Part shown: piece by piece, positions 11,135 to 22,568 of the stretch
Layout: the number at the start of each line of letters is the position of its first letter
How positions within the stretch are numbered: the first letter of the stretch is position 1
From: Microthyrium microscopicum
Lineage: Eukaryota
Reading direction: 5' to 3'
Length of the DNA stretch: 64,000 nt
NCBI GenBank assembly: GCA_010405405.1
Contig: MU004230.1
Location: 3,072,627-3,136,626, forward strand
Notes under the pieces: model-generated
Databases searched by the model: none
What the model saw: the letters and a program-made list of their open reading frames with translations, nothing else
What the model was told of the DNA's origin: nothing
Position numbers and translations under genes: made by a program

Positions 11135-13486
11135 ATCATTATACACTGCAGTAACTGTCATTCACTGGTATACACTCTGAGAAGATTCCCAACAAGAAGA
11201 TCAATACGCGATAGAGAGATGCAATGTCTACTCGATGGTCGCTGGCAAGAACATAGTTCTGATATCTTGACATCTGCACTGATCCGACTTTTTGGAGAAA
11301 ACCTATGAGTTCAGCCTGTCACTTTGTCTGCAATATTATAGAGCTGCAGGCTATGGAATACTTGGCGAACGCCATCAGTAGACATTTTTAGATGTGGAGA
11401 ATAACGAGGCTGGGATTTTCCAGAAGTTTGACGCGGTCACAACTTGCTGCATCCTCATATACTCCGTTCTGCATTGGCGTGCATATTTGGCTGTCTCCCC
11501 GCCGAATCCGTCTGGAGGCCACACCAATCTTCTCAACCAGACGACTTCAAATTTAACTTCACTCGAGTCCTCATTTTTCAACCTCGACGACTTAATCCAC
11601 GCGCATAACAGTACGTATCGGAAGCAAACCCGCATTCCGCCGCCTCTTCGTGTTTGAGAATTCTTCCTTCTCCAGAATTGCAGAATCGGCGGTTATGCTG
11701 ATCTAGATAACGTCTACCCCCATGCAAGACTAATCGACACATCTTCAATTCAATATGGTTGGCGCGATATGTACTAATCCATGGAATCTATGCATATCTT
11801 TGTCATGACATTAGACTTTACTGATGGAATCAACTACATACATCTAATGCTGGAGGCCTTGCATTCAATATCTCACTTCTGGTCACCATGGTCTTGTGTG
11901 CACAGCACTTGCAGAACGTCAGCTCTCGACAGTGGTAGATCCGTTCGTCAACCACCTCATGCAATGATGCAACCACCAACCTTTCCTTACACAAACTATG
12001 GTTGAAACATCGGCCCATATCCCCCAACGCTAGGAGTCCACTTGTGGCCTCTCAACGGCACGGATCTCTCTCCACGGTTTCTCGACCTCTACTTCCACCC
12101 GTTTGCAGTGTAAAGCTGTGCTGTTCGCCACAATCTGTGCGACCAAGCAACGCAGGTACGAGGGAACGTTTGCCTATTCCATGACCAGGACGTAGGGAGA
12201 AGGCTGCAAAACCGGCCTGTTCGGTCGAGCATCCCCCTACTTTAGTGCGGGAAAGGTCATCTCCTCCGTCCTCGTGAAGGAAGCAAGCTCTACCTGGCAG
12301 CTTGAAAAAGGACGTTTGCACAGAGCCATCGGAGCTGAGCCGCTGCTTCCGCCCATGCAACTTTGTTGGCTGTGTAACACTCTTTTAAGCAGCAGATGAG
12401 GAACGACTAGAAAGGTGTTTTGTGCTATCAACGGCTAGATTGTGTTCTTCGGCTATCTGGTGTCTAATATGGGGTAAAGACTCTTCTAGTAGATTGTAAC
12501 GGGATGACTAGATGAGTTCAACGGATAACTACAGTAGTTGAATACCAGAGTACTATTTGAGCCAAAGTTCGTCGTGTTTTTATGTAAATACCCGCCAAAG
12601 CCAAATCATTCTCGGATATTTTGAGAGCTGCAGTGTAATACAAGGCTGGATTCAAGTTCATGAGCCCGATTCCATGCTAGGGGATCCTTGTGCTCCTCAG
12701 CTCTGCAGTGTGGATCAACCACAGGATGCACATCACACTTCCGTAATGTAAGTTCTCAACTTTGATACTTCCATTTACGACCTATTTTACTGAACCCGTT
12801 AACGAGCCGACGGGAAGGATGCAATAATTGGTATTGACTGGAAGTTGCAGTACACAGTCGGCAGTCATGAGCATCAACAACAACATTCATTTTCATGGGT
12901 TGTGGGAAATTTTATAGAGCATCAAAAGCAAAGAGTGCAAAACTGCTCTCATTGTTGCTCAGAGCCCTGGTGGCTTTCCTGCGTCTGCAACATGTGAGGC
13001 GTTTAAACCCCCCGTACACCATTGTTGCCACGCAGCTTGGATACCCAGTCCCAGCCTTGCCAGTGCCGTAAGGCTTTGTTTGGTAGCGTGCTTCCCGCGG
13101 TAAACGGATGTCTTGCAAGGGACGGCAAGATGGAAGGCGTTCATCAATCTGATCTGTCATGAGAGACCGATTCGTTTACGATTTCGTTGAAGTCCTAGCA
13201 ATGCCAGATCATCACTATATAGATCTATCTTCTGTGCTCACTGGGGTGGCCTCTGGTTGTTTTGCTTTCTTCCTTCACCTGTGAACTTGAGGATATCTTG
13301 ATATCTTCTCCCGTTTTCGTCACACTTCAAAAATTCAACAAGGCTCAAAACTGGTGTTGACATCTATCAGTGTTTCTTGTTTTGACCTTCACTTTACCCT
13401 TTCCTTGCTGCGTACAGCTATCGTTTAATTCTTTGAATCCTTTTCGCTCATACCAACCACGAGTCATTCATTCTAAAAGTATCATC

Positions 13487-14428
13487 ATGGGACACAAATT
13501 GGAGAGAACGTCTTCAAAAAACCGGATGGCATTGGACTATATCGCGCCAACAACAGAACTGGAGCCAGTTATTCTACCCACGGCTTCAAATTTACCCCCC
13601 TTACAACTAAATCCTCCCAAGAGCACATTACAGACTCTTCCAAGTATCGCAGAGCTTGATAGATGTCTGATCCAGGACAAACAAAAATCTAGAACACTTG
13701 AATCTCAGAGACTGCTTCCCACGCCAATCAACACATCATGTTTCAGTTCGACTGGATATCCCACCCCGTCCAACCCATACTACCACCAGTTAGTAGGCAC
13801 GACCCCTTCGCCTACTGATGCATACTCTATCTCAACTCGCTCTGACAGCCGAAGTGTTTCTCCCGGCAGACGCCACCAAAAGTATAGTCGTTCGAGGTCA
13901 CCACCAACTCCTCGACGAACCACCCGTGAAGATCGACATGCTTATGATCTGGAGGAGCAATTTGCCATGGCCTATATGAGAATCATGTCGAGCACCACCA
14001 ACAGCCGCTGGTCTGAAGTAGTCGAACACTGCTGGCCTTCGCTTTTCCCTCCTGGCCAGAAGCGTCGACCGTCCGCTCCAACTCCCAATGGCACTGGAGT
14101 TCCAAGCACCTACACTCCTCGTAGTGCAAGTGCTCTTCAATGTCGGTACTATCGAGTACGAGAAGGGGCCAAGATGGGCCCAGTACGCAAAGGCCGCCGT
14201 GCAGGTGCAGGCAATGACGAGCTCACTGGACTGCGAAATATGGAAGTCGAGCTTGTCCAAGCCTGGCTCAAGTCCATCGGTCCTGCGGAACTGGCTAAGA
14301 ACAACTTGACACCCCGGGCAAACGAGCAGAACGAGGAGTATGCAGAGAGAGCCAGGGAAGCATACCGCCGGAATGACCCCTTTGCAAAGACTCTTCGGTC
14401 TTTCCCTCAGCTTCGACAGCTTCCTTAG
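13487..14428 (+). CDS. Hypothetical Ser/Pro-rich protein with possible Myb/SANT-like DNA-binding domain
   Basis: 313-aa ORF from ATG 13487 (context ATCATCATGG). Pattern Y-x2-EE...R...W-x-EV...F-P...RS-x3-LQCRYYR resembles fungal Myb-like helix-turn-helix domains. Confidence 0.6.
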   Translation: MGHKLERTSSKNRMALDYIAPTTELEPVILPTASNLPPLQLNPPKSTLQTLPSIAELDRCLIQDKQKSRTLESQRLLPTPINTSCFSSTGYPTPSNPYYHQLVGTTPSPTDAYSISTRSDSRSVSPGRRHQKYSRSRSPPTPRRTTREDRHAYDLEEQFAMAYMRIMSSTTNSRWSEVVEHCWPSLFPPGQKRRPSAPTPNGTGVPSTYTPRSASALQCRYYRVREGAKMGPVRKGRRAGAGNDELTGLRNMEVELVQAWLKSIGPAELAKNNLTPRANEQNEEYAERAREAYRRNDPFAKTLRSFPQLRQLP

Positions 14429-14933
14429 ACTCTCCAAAATCTCTTCAACAGACAATATCTACATCCACCGACCCTTTTATCACTTCAACTAGACCTCATT
14501 TCGGTTTGTGCATGGCGTATGGCGAACTGTCTTCTCCTCACGGAGAGAGATACCGACCCGGATACCTAAAAATCCTTTCCGGTAGTGGCTTTTGTTTCGA
14601 TCTCATGTATGACTTATGGCCCTGATATGTGTGGCAAGACTGTATTTCTTTCTTTGCCGAAACCTTTTAATGCTCTTCGCCTGCTGGTAGTTTGACCGCG
14701 GCTTGCTCTATTCCCCCCATGACAGTAGCTTAGCATCCGGTGGTTGTCTCATCAGACTCGTTTTTTCTTGTCGCTGTTCGCCCGCATGTAACTTTTCCGG
14801 TTGTATATTCCGGTATTTTTGTATCACTAGTCAGAGACATGCAACAGACAAGCTCACAGCCTTTGTTAACAAAGGCAGAGAAATTAAACGTTAATAGTGT
14901 CCAAAAAACCTGTCTTCACATCGTTTGTGACGT

Positions 14934-15739
14934 TCATCGATAACTCGCGGCCTGAAAGTGATCATCGTAGTCCGCCACGTACTCGTCGTCTTCACGCTCA
15001 TATTCGTCCCCACTGTTGAAATCGTCGTCCTCATCATCTGGATAGTCGGCCCCATAATAGTCCTCCGCATTCGAGTCCTCATCGTCCGAGTGCACAGCTT
15101 CATCGTCCGAGCCATCCCATAGCTCCTCCAGCCATCCGTCATCCGCCTCGGCCACCGTCAGCGTGCCTACCGCCTCTGGACCACTAACATTCGTCGCCAG
15201 CGCAAATCCCGTCTCCGGCGCACGCACAAACACGTCATATACGAATTCGTTATCGACATCCATCACATCACTATCCTCCGCGATCGCAAATGTCCGCTTA
15301 CTTTCAGCGCTCGTCTGCACCACAACATGCCGCCGCGCTGGCACATTAACTACAGGTGTGCTTACGGGTCGCGATTGGCGTAATGAGAGAGGATCGCGCA
15401 CTTCGTCGCCTTCTGCGCTACCGAGGATGGCTGGGATGCCATCGTCGCCAATGACGAGGCCTTGTGCATTGGTACGGACGTGAGCGGCTGGAGGAGGTTG
15501 TGGAGGGGTAGGAGGGAGTGATGCGATGGGTGCGGCGGTGAGGTCGCGCTTGAAGATGAATTGATTGTTCTGGGTTTGGCGAGCGCGTTTAATGGAGGTC
15601 GAGGCAAGGACTGTGACAGTTAGTGGTGCAGGATATAAGAGGGTGATGGGAGCGGACATAGTGCGTCGATGGGTTCGTCGTCGCGCTTGCGCTTTACGTG
15701 TATTACGCGTTGATTATTTTCGGGATTTAAGGACTCCAT
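14934..15739 (-). CDS. IWR1: RNA polymerase II nuclear import factor Iwr1
   Basis: Exon 1 15739-15658 (MESLNPENNQRVIHVKRKRDDEPIDAL), intron 15657-15611, exon 2 15610-14934. EFVYDVF and DEDSNAEDYYGADYPDDE signatures. Confidence 0.88.
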
Positions 15740-16056
15740 TTTGAAATTGGAGGGTGCGGTGAGAGTTGTGAAAAGATTGGGGAAGCTGAGAAGAGGGAAG
15801 ATGGTGGTTGCAGTAGAAGTTGAGGTGGGTCATCCCAACCTGATTCAACGAAAATTATATCAGGACTAATGCGTCAGGCCACCGGTCATCTCGTGGTACA
15901 TGATTTATAGAGGAAATTAGTTCTTAAATATTATAGAATACAATGTAAATTTGCATTTGGTAGTAAAATATGTGGGTATATAAACGTGCAATGTCTCAGA
16001 GCCAACAATCATAACGCCAGCCAGCCATGCAAGTGTTCAATACGCAAGCTAAAACC

Positions 16057-17482
16057 TTATGCCAACAAAAAGCTCAGTATGCTTCCGGCGGTAAGACCAC
16101 CAACTAGCATAAGTGTCATAAATGCTCCAGTAGCCTCTCGTTCTGCTACGTCCACATACTCAACAGCTCCCATCATACACATCGTTCCCATAAACCCGTT
16201 CGTAACTCCATAAGTTATCTGAACAAGAAAATAGAACCAGTCGGATGATATAACAGCCCCTTTTCCATCGGTGTTACAGAGGTAATACAAGGGGATCAAG
16301 AGAATCCTTGCCAAAGCCAAAGTCAGTACTAGATGCGGCCTGTGGGTAATTCGAAGGGATGGTACTGCGCTGATAACCCTGCCAATGAGATCGCCAGAAT
16401 TCCAGATCAGGAAAGCAAGTGGGATGAAAGATGTGGGTTCAAGAATACGTGGAATGTTGTCGGGTGAGTGTACAGATTGAATGCGCTGTGTGAAAACAGG
16501 GAAGAACATGGCGATTGCAAACGTGATGAAAACAGAGGTCGATAGGAAGAAAGTTTTGCGATAAAGTAGAGCGAGTGATACTCTTTTCTTCGGAGGTCGT
16601 GCTGTGTCCTCCGTCGAGGCGTTTAGTAAAGCCGAATTTGAAAGTCTAGAACGATCGCGGATCAAAAGGAGGGAAAAGGCGAGAAGCGTGATTATTGATA
16701 TGCCGCTAGCAGTGAGGAAATACACCGTGGCCGATTTGGAAGCTTCGTGAACTGCCTCTTCTGTGGAATTGACCTTGGGAACCGACAGCACGGAGATAAT
16801 CTGGACGATGCAGGGTAGTACACCTGCAATTGCTTGTCCAGTCATGTTTCCTTGGGCATATTCTTCGCGTCCATATCCAGCCATGAATGCAAATATTCCA
16901 TTCTGTAATAGTCCGGTTGCCGTACTAGATACCAGGATCACACACATGAGGAACCAAAAATATCTTAGCTGAGAAACTCCAAGGAAAGCTAGGGTCGAAA
17001 GAGCCAGAAGTGTGAAGATTCCGATATTGATTAACAGCCCTATTATGATACGTCTAGGATAGGATGCGTTCGCTTGCATATTCGCCAATACAATCATGGA
17101 CACTAGGTTTGCAACCGTCGAGACGGTCAGCTCGGCGGACTGAAAGTTAGCAAGTAACCATTCATTGCCTTGGAATCGCGATTGAAAGTATGGGCCAGCC
17201 GCGAGAAACATATTCCTACCAAAGTGTTAGATCTCGACGTGCAGAGAAAGGTAAATAAACTTACCACGCCCATAGCATCGCCACACCTAGAAGCATAAAC
17301 ACGACATAGTCAACCCATGAAAATGGTGTAACAACCACCTCCCGCTCATCTTGAATCTGTGAATTGAGAAGACCATCATCGCCATCACCCTGCATCAACG
17401 CATCTCCCTCATGGTCCGCTGTTTCGTCTAGTGGATCATATGCCACCTTTGGCGACCGAAAGAGGTCCTTTATTCGTTCCAT
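16057..17482 (-). CDS. FUN26: Equilibrative nucleoside transporter (ENT/Fun26-like)
   Basis: Exons 17482-17265 and 17215-16057. LLGVAMLWAWNMFLAA, GQAIAGV, WNSGDLIGR and TNGF motifs; many hydrophobic segments. Confidence 0.88.
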
Positions 17483-18211
17483 GCTGATGGTATCAGGCAG
17501 GCGGCTTTGGGAAGGGAAAGGCAACCGCGGAGGCTAAACACAGATACGTAAGGCTACTGAAAGGTTATAAGAAGACAAGGAGCAGGTACGAGGAAAGACA
17601 TCGTCTTAAATCATGTTCCGGCAGTACAACGGCCTCTCGATGACACTGACAAGGCGCGTGATAGTGGGTCTCTGAGAGGTTGTCGGATGTGGTCTTGGAG
17701 ATCATGGGGCTCGTGAGATTGAAGACAGGGGGCTGAGGTGTCACTGGAGCTAAGCCTTAAAAAGAGCTTGGCAAGGCTGAGTGCAAGGCTGTATTCCAAT
17801 TCATCTACTCTAACGTTAAGTACAGGATACAAGGACCCTCTTGCTCAGATCGAAGTAAGTACTTTTGAATCGAGGCTAAGAAGAGAAACAGAGAACGCAA
17901 GAGTCAGCAATAAAGGTTTCCGGCATTGCGGCAGTGTAGCGAGCCGTCGCTTAGAGTTAGGAACTTGTTCCGGAAGAGACGGACAGGTAGATGAAATCTA
18001 CCTGAGCTTAGTGTGAGTGGCATCGACTACTCAGTTCAGTAGGATAACACCGCATGCTGTTCAAATAGACATGTGCTCAGTCAATAGTATAGGAGAGCAA
18101 CATAGGCATCAATTGTTCATTATGGTAGCCACAAATATATGTTATAACTTGATCAATCAAGACCAAAATAATTACTTTGCTGAAATTACTTAGTAGTGAC
18201 ATCACCACAAC

Positions 18212-19037
18212 TCATCCATGCCAAACAGGAGGACCTGGTATCTCATACTTCGTCGCCTTACTTGTATATATGTCAATCTTCTGCTCGTCAGCAAACTTCC
18301 TCGGATTCAAATTAGAACCCAATTGAACTCACCTTGATTCCTGGATGGCTCATATTAGCATAACCCGGAATACTAACCAAGTATTCCATCCCCGGCTTCC
18401 CACCACCACTCCCACTCACGTTCAACTGCGCACACTCCGCATAAAACTGCGGCGCATTCCCCGTATGAATTGCAATAATCTCATGCCTCACCAAATAGTT
18501 CCCCGCCGCAACCTTCGGCACCTTAACCGTCCACTTCTTCTCGCTCGGAATCTTCGCCTGGCCCCAATTCTTGCCGCTCAACGGCGGGCCAAGCATGCCC
18601 ACCTGGTCAATCTTGAACCATCCTCTGCTGGAGCCATCACATTTGTCAAAGGGCCCATTGCAGGCGTACAGCCAGACCATGACGGGGCCTTGGTAGTGTG
18701 GCCAGTAGTCCCATTTGGCGACGATGGTGGAGCCGGGCGAAACGGGCGCTGATAACGGTGCGGAAGTGCCGCCGTGGCAGCGCGTTCTGGGGTCGGCAAT
18801 GTCTTTGCTAGGCTCGTAGTTGTTCCATTGGCGTTGGATGGTGGGTGGCGAGGCGGCGGGTTGGAATCCTTTGTAGCTAAAGAGGATAATGGTGAGTATG
18901 GAGTTTGTGCGGCTATTGAGATTGACTTACCCGGGGTATTCTTTGCCGTCTATCGTGTAGGCAACTATTGCGCCGTGAGCGATGACTTGCGATACCACAA
19001 GCGCCAAGAGCACAGAGAGCAATGCTTGGAGACCCAT
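18212..19037 (-). CDS. Lytic polysaccharide monooxygenase, AA9 (GH61) family, secreted
   Basis: Exons 19037-18931, 18876-18333, 18280 (or 18277)-18212. Signal peptide followed by N-terminal His (HGAIVAY), WPHYQGP, YLVRHEIIAIH, PQFYAECAQL, YEIPGPPVW. Confidence 0.92.
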
Positions 19038-19142
19038 GCTGGTAGTTGCAAAGTCGGATTTTCTATTCTAGATACAGAAGCATGAGTCTTTTGGCATAAG
19101 ACCTCAGAACGATCACGTTATGCTGAAATATCAATTGCATAT

Positions 19143-19232
19143 GGCTAAAGCTCTAGTGTTTTTCGACAAATAGTCCGTGTCCTCATGGTGCAGATTGAAT
19201 TCATATATATTAACTCAGAACCAAATCTGGGG
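19143..19232. promoter_or_regulatory. Putative XlnR (GGCTAAA) and CreA (CTGGGG) sites upstream of the AA9 gene
   Basis: GGCTAAA at 19143-19149 and SYGGRG match CTGGGG at 19227-19232, about 100-200 bp upstream of the ATG. Short motifs that could occur by chance. Confidence 0.3.
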
Positions 19233-20936
19233 AAACTTGATGAGTAAGAAGAGCCCGGACGTAGGTTGCCAATGGAGCCATTAAGAAATCTGAAGGAACA
19301 TGGTCAAATAATCATAGAGTAAGTGATGGAAGTGGTAAATATACCAGCAAGCTCCACACATATCTCCTAGGGATGATGAAAAGATGACAAGTTCGGATTG
19401 ATTTCTTTCGGTCTAAGAATTCAAGCGAAGCTCTGGCAGAAGTATGAAGATATGTCAGGCGACAGTCTCAATAGCTTTATGTGAAGGACCTATTGGCCTC
19501 ACCTTCCGCGCCCATTGTACAAAGGTAGTCACTGCAGTCCCGAAGCGCAAACCAGCTAAACGTATTTGCTAGATTGGATCCCACAAATGCGAAAGATATA
19601 AGCGCATCGTATTTAAGTAATGAAATTTTAAACCTTATTTCCGTTTGATGGTGTAAATGAGCAGTCATGGCCCAGTGAGCACTTAAGCGGTGAGCCAGAA
19701 TAAAAAAGAACATACCGTACAACGCGCACTACCCAAAATCTGCGTAATTATCGCCTTAGCCATCACTTATATTCGTATTCTGGCCAGGAGTAACCAATTT
19801 TATGCATGTCTTCATGCTGAAGATAAAATTAGTCAGGTAAAGATAGCATGTAGTTTTTGGAAACTGCACTCTGGAGGGACCATGTGTTACCGCAGTCTTA
19901 GCAGGCTCATGAAGAACTCCGAAGATCTGATTCAGTATATCGCAACGCAAGAGCAGCTTCGCGCATTTTGGTTCATGGCCTGGCCTCTGCGTGTTGCACC
20001 AGATCGAGTTAACCTACGACCAGCATCCATTCAGTGAAGCCGTGATCCAAACAAGATGCTGAGAATGTCTTATATGTTTGTTGTACAACGGCTGTCTTTG
20101 GATGTGAACCTTGCAGTTGATGTTGGGGTCTCTAGGGTTGTTCGAGAGATCAGTTCCTCCTGGAGTAGTTGAGCCCCCATCTCACTGCTTACTGGGAGCC
20201 TCAAGGGTGTACGGTGACCAATTTTGATACTTGATTGGGTAATTGAGATGTTTTTATGAAACAAAAGATGGGGACCTGGGACATGCAAGGGGTTGGGCAA
20301 TTCAGGGGTACAGAGCTAGAGTCGCAGCTTAGGCGCGGTCTTGACCAATCAAGTCTTAAAGGTGACGGTGAGATCAACACCCATCCCAGAATGCTCAACG
20401 ACTCGTCTTTAAAGAAAAAGGAATCGTTCCCACAGCGCGTCCTTTTCACTACTCTTCACGAAAGGGGCAAATTCAACCTCTGCAATGAAGGACAGGGCTA
20501 ATCACCTCGCATCCAGTAATTCCCTTGCTGTACCTGCAGCTGCGCACACCTGCGTCGGAGAACGCCAGTCTGACGAAGCTCACAGAGTGCCCATCAGGAG
20601 GTTTGTTCAATTACCATTTATTCTATCATGTCCTGTGCTTGGCTTTCGTTTGCTTCCTTTCTTCACCTCCAACTCTACGGATCAGCTGCTGGACAGATCG
20701 CATAGGCAGGGCCTTCATCGTGATTGCATTGATTGCACCTTAACATTCTCTTGAAAGACACTCATTCCTGTCACTCCTTTGTTCCCTTACTTCCCGGACA
20801 CTCCTTGAGAATCACTTACAAAGACTTTGTCTGTATTCTGTACAGCATTTCATATAAAAAGCTTGCTATACAAAAGTCTTGGCTCTACAACCATTCCCCC
20901 AGATCAAGCCCCAAAACATTACGCCACCTAAGAAAC

Positions 20937-22202
20937 ATGTTGTTTACAAGCTTTCTTGCTACTGGCTTGGCTCTTAGTAGTCTTGCTAATGCACTCCCGG
21001 CAGTTCTTGATCAACGAGACGACACGCATCAAGCGCCACATCTCGACGTTCCACACATTCACAACAAGAACACCAACCATTCTCAGGCAGACGGTAGTTG
21101 TCATTCTCGACACCATAATGGTACTGCTCTTCAAAGCGGCCATGCTCTCCACAACGGCACTACGATCCACAATGGTACCGCTCTTCACAACGGTACTAGC
21201 GTTCATGGACACCATAATGGGACTACTCCAAGCTCCGTCTCTGGCGCTCAATTCTCCTTGGCTGTGCCATCTACACTCTCTACCCAAGTTCAAGGTAGAA
21301 CTCCGTTGTCTGCCTACACTTCCAACGGCGTTCTGATCATCCAAACCGTTGTTACTGTAACCCCCTCAGCAGCTGCCGTTGAGACATCCGCTGCCGTCGC
21401 GGCGACCACTGCTCCAGCTGTTGAACCCGCTGCCACAAGCGCTCCAGCAGCTCCGGCTTCCAGTGCGACTCCAGCTCCCATGGTTGCCTCCGTTGCTGCT
21501 CCGGTGCCAGTGCCTTCAGTTGTCGCTCCAGCTCCAGTAGTTTCTTCAGCTGCTCCTGTAGCCTCAGTGGCTCCAGCACCTTCTGCAGCCGCTCCAGTGT
21601 CTTCCGCGGCTCCAGTAGCTCCAGCTGCACCAGCCGCCGTAGCGAGCCCAGCTCCTGCTGCTGGCGCTGGTGGTCTAACAGCCGCACAGCTCCTCATTGC
21701 GATGCCAGGCTCTAGCACCTGCTCGGGCAAACCGACCGGCTGCCTCACAAACACCATCGCAGCTCCTCTGCTCGCTTCGGGGTTTAGCAAGTACGGACTC
21801 AACAGCAAAGGTGCTCAAGCAGCTGCCCTCGCCATCATCTCCTTTGAGTCCAACGACATGGAGTACGATACCAATCTTGTCAACACCGGTACACAAGGAA
21901 CTTTCAACCAGATGACCGCAAAATTTATCACTTTGTATGCCAATGCACTCTATGGAAGCTCTGCGAAATCGGCTGTGGCCGATCAGATTGCTCAGATCAA
22001 TGATAACAAGGCAGATTCGCTCGGTTCTGCGGCCTGGTACATGTCTACCCAGTGTCCTGATACTGTCAAGTCGTTTGCTTCCGCTTCTGGCTCCGCTGCA
22101 GATGCTGTCTATAGCACATACATCACCAGTTGTGTTGGAACTACCATGACTGATGGCCGTATGGCGGCTTGGACTAAGGCCAAGACTGCTCTCGGTGTCT
22201 AG
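20937..22202 (+). CDS. Secreted protein: His/NGT-rich repeat, Ala/Pro linker, C-terminal lysozyme-like (GH19-like) domain
   Basis: ATG 20937 gives signal peptide MLFTSFLATGLALSSLANA; five HNGT repeats; long A/P/S/V linker; C-terminal domain with AAALAIISFES, QGTFNQM, GSAAWYMSTQC. Confidence 0.8.
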   Translation: MLFTSFLATGLALSSLANALPAVLDQRDDTHQAPHLDVPHIHNKNTNHSQADGSCHSRHHNGTALQSGHALHNGTTIHNGTALHNGTSVHGHHNGTTPSSVSGAQFSLAVPSTLSTQVQGRTPLSAYTSNGVLIIQTVVTVTPSAAAVETSAAVAATTAPAVEPAATSAPAAPASSATPAPMVASVAAPVPVPSVVAPAPVVSSAAPVASVAPAPSAAAPVSSAAPVAPAAPAAVASPAPAAGAGGLTAAQLLIAMPGSSTCSGKPTGCLTNTIAAPLLASGFSKYGLNSKGAQAAALAIISFESNDMEYDTNLVNTGTQGTFNQMTAKFITLYANALYGSSAKSAVADQIAQINDNKADSLGSAAWYMSTQCPDTVKSFASASGSAADAVYSTYITSCVGTTMTDGRMAAWTKAKTALGV

Positions 22203-22568
22203 ATTAGGGATATCCTTGTTATACTTCACTTCATGTCATACTTGTCTACTTAAATGCATACGGTGTATCAAACAAATACATCAACTTTTGATCAAGAATC
22301 TTCTCTCTTACAACGTGAACCTCCTCGTCGCTACTTGCTTGACTAGTTTTTCTTCACTGCTAAGACCGTGTAGGTAGATATTCGAATGTGACATTCAGCT
22401 GTTACAGCCTTGTCATGTGATTCAGCCTTACGCCGTCCAGTGTGCCAGTCGTGCTCACTAGGCAAACGATGATGAGCTTTACTTAGATATTGCATTTTGT
22501 TTAGTATGGATACAATCTAGAAAAGACATCTAACCAAAAAGTAAAAGAATTATCCTGTAGACAACCAT

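Noticed and set aside
11375..12431. Short ORFs on both strands downstream of OMA1
   Set aside because: Could not assemble a spliced gene or identify a family; a small lineage-specific gene cannot be excluded.
20733..20936. 5' extension of the 489-aa ORF
   Set aside because: Starts at a non-ATG codon; ATG 20937 gives a clean signal peptide.
21314..21808. Antisense Ala/Gly-rich ORFs over the secreted protein (likewise 31447-32403 and 35117-35622)
   Set aside because: Shadow ORFs of low-complexity GC-rich coding sequence.
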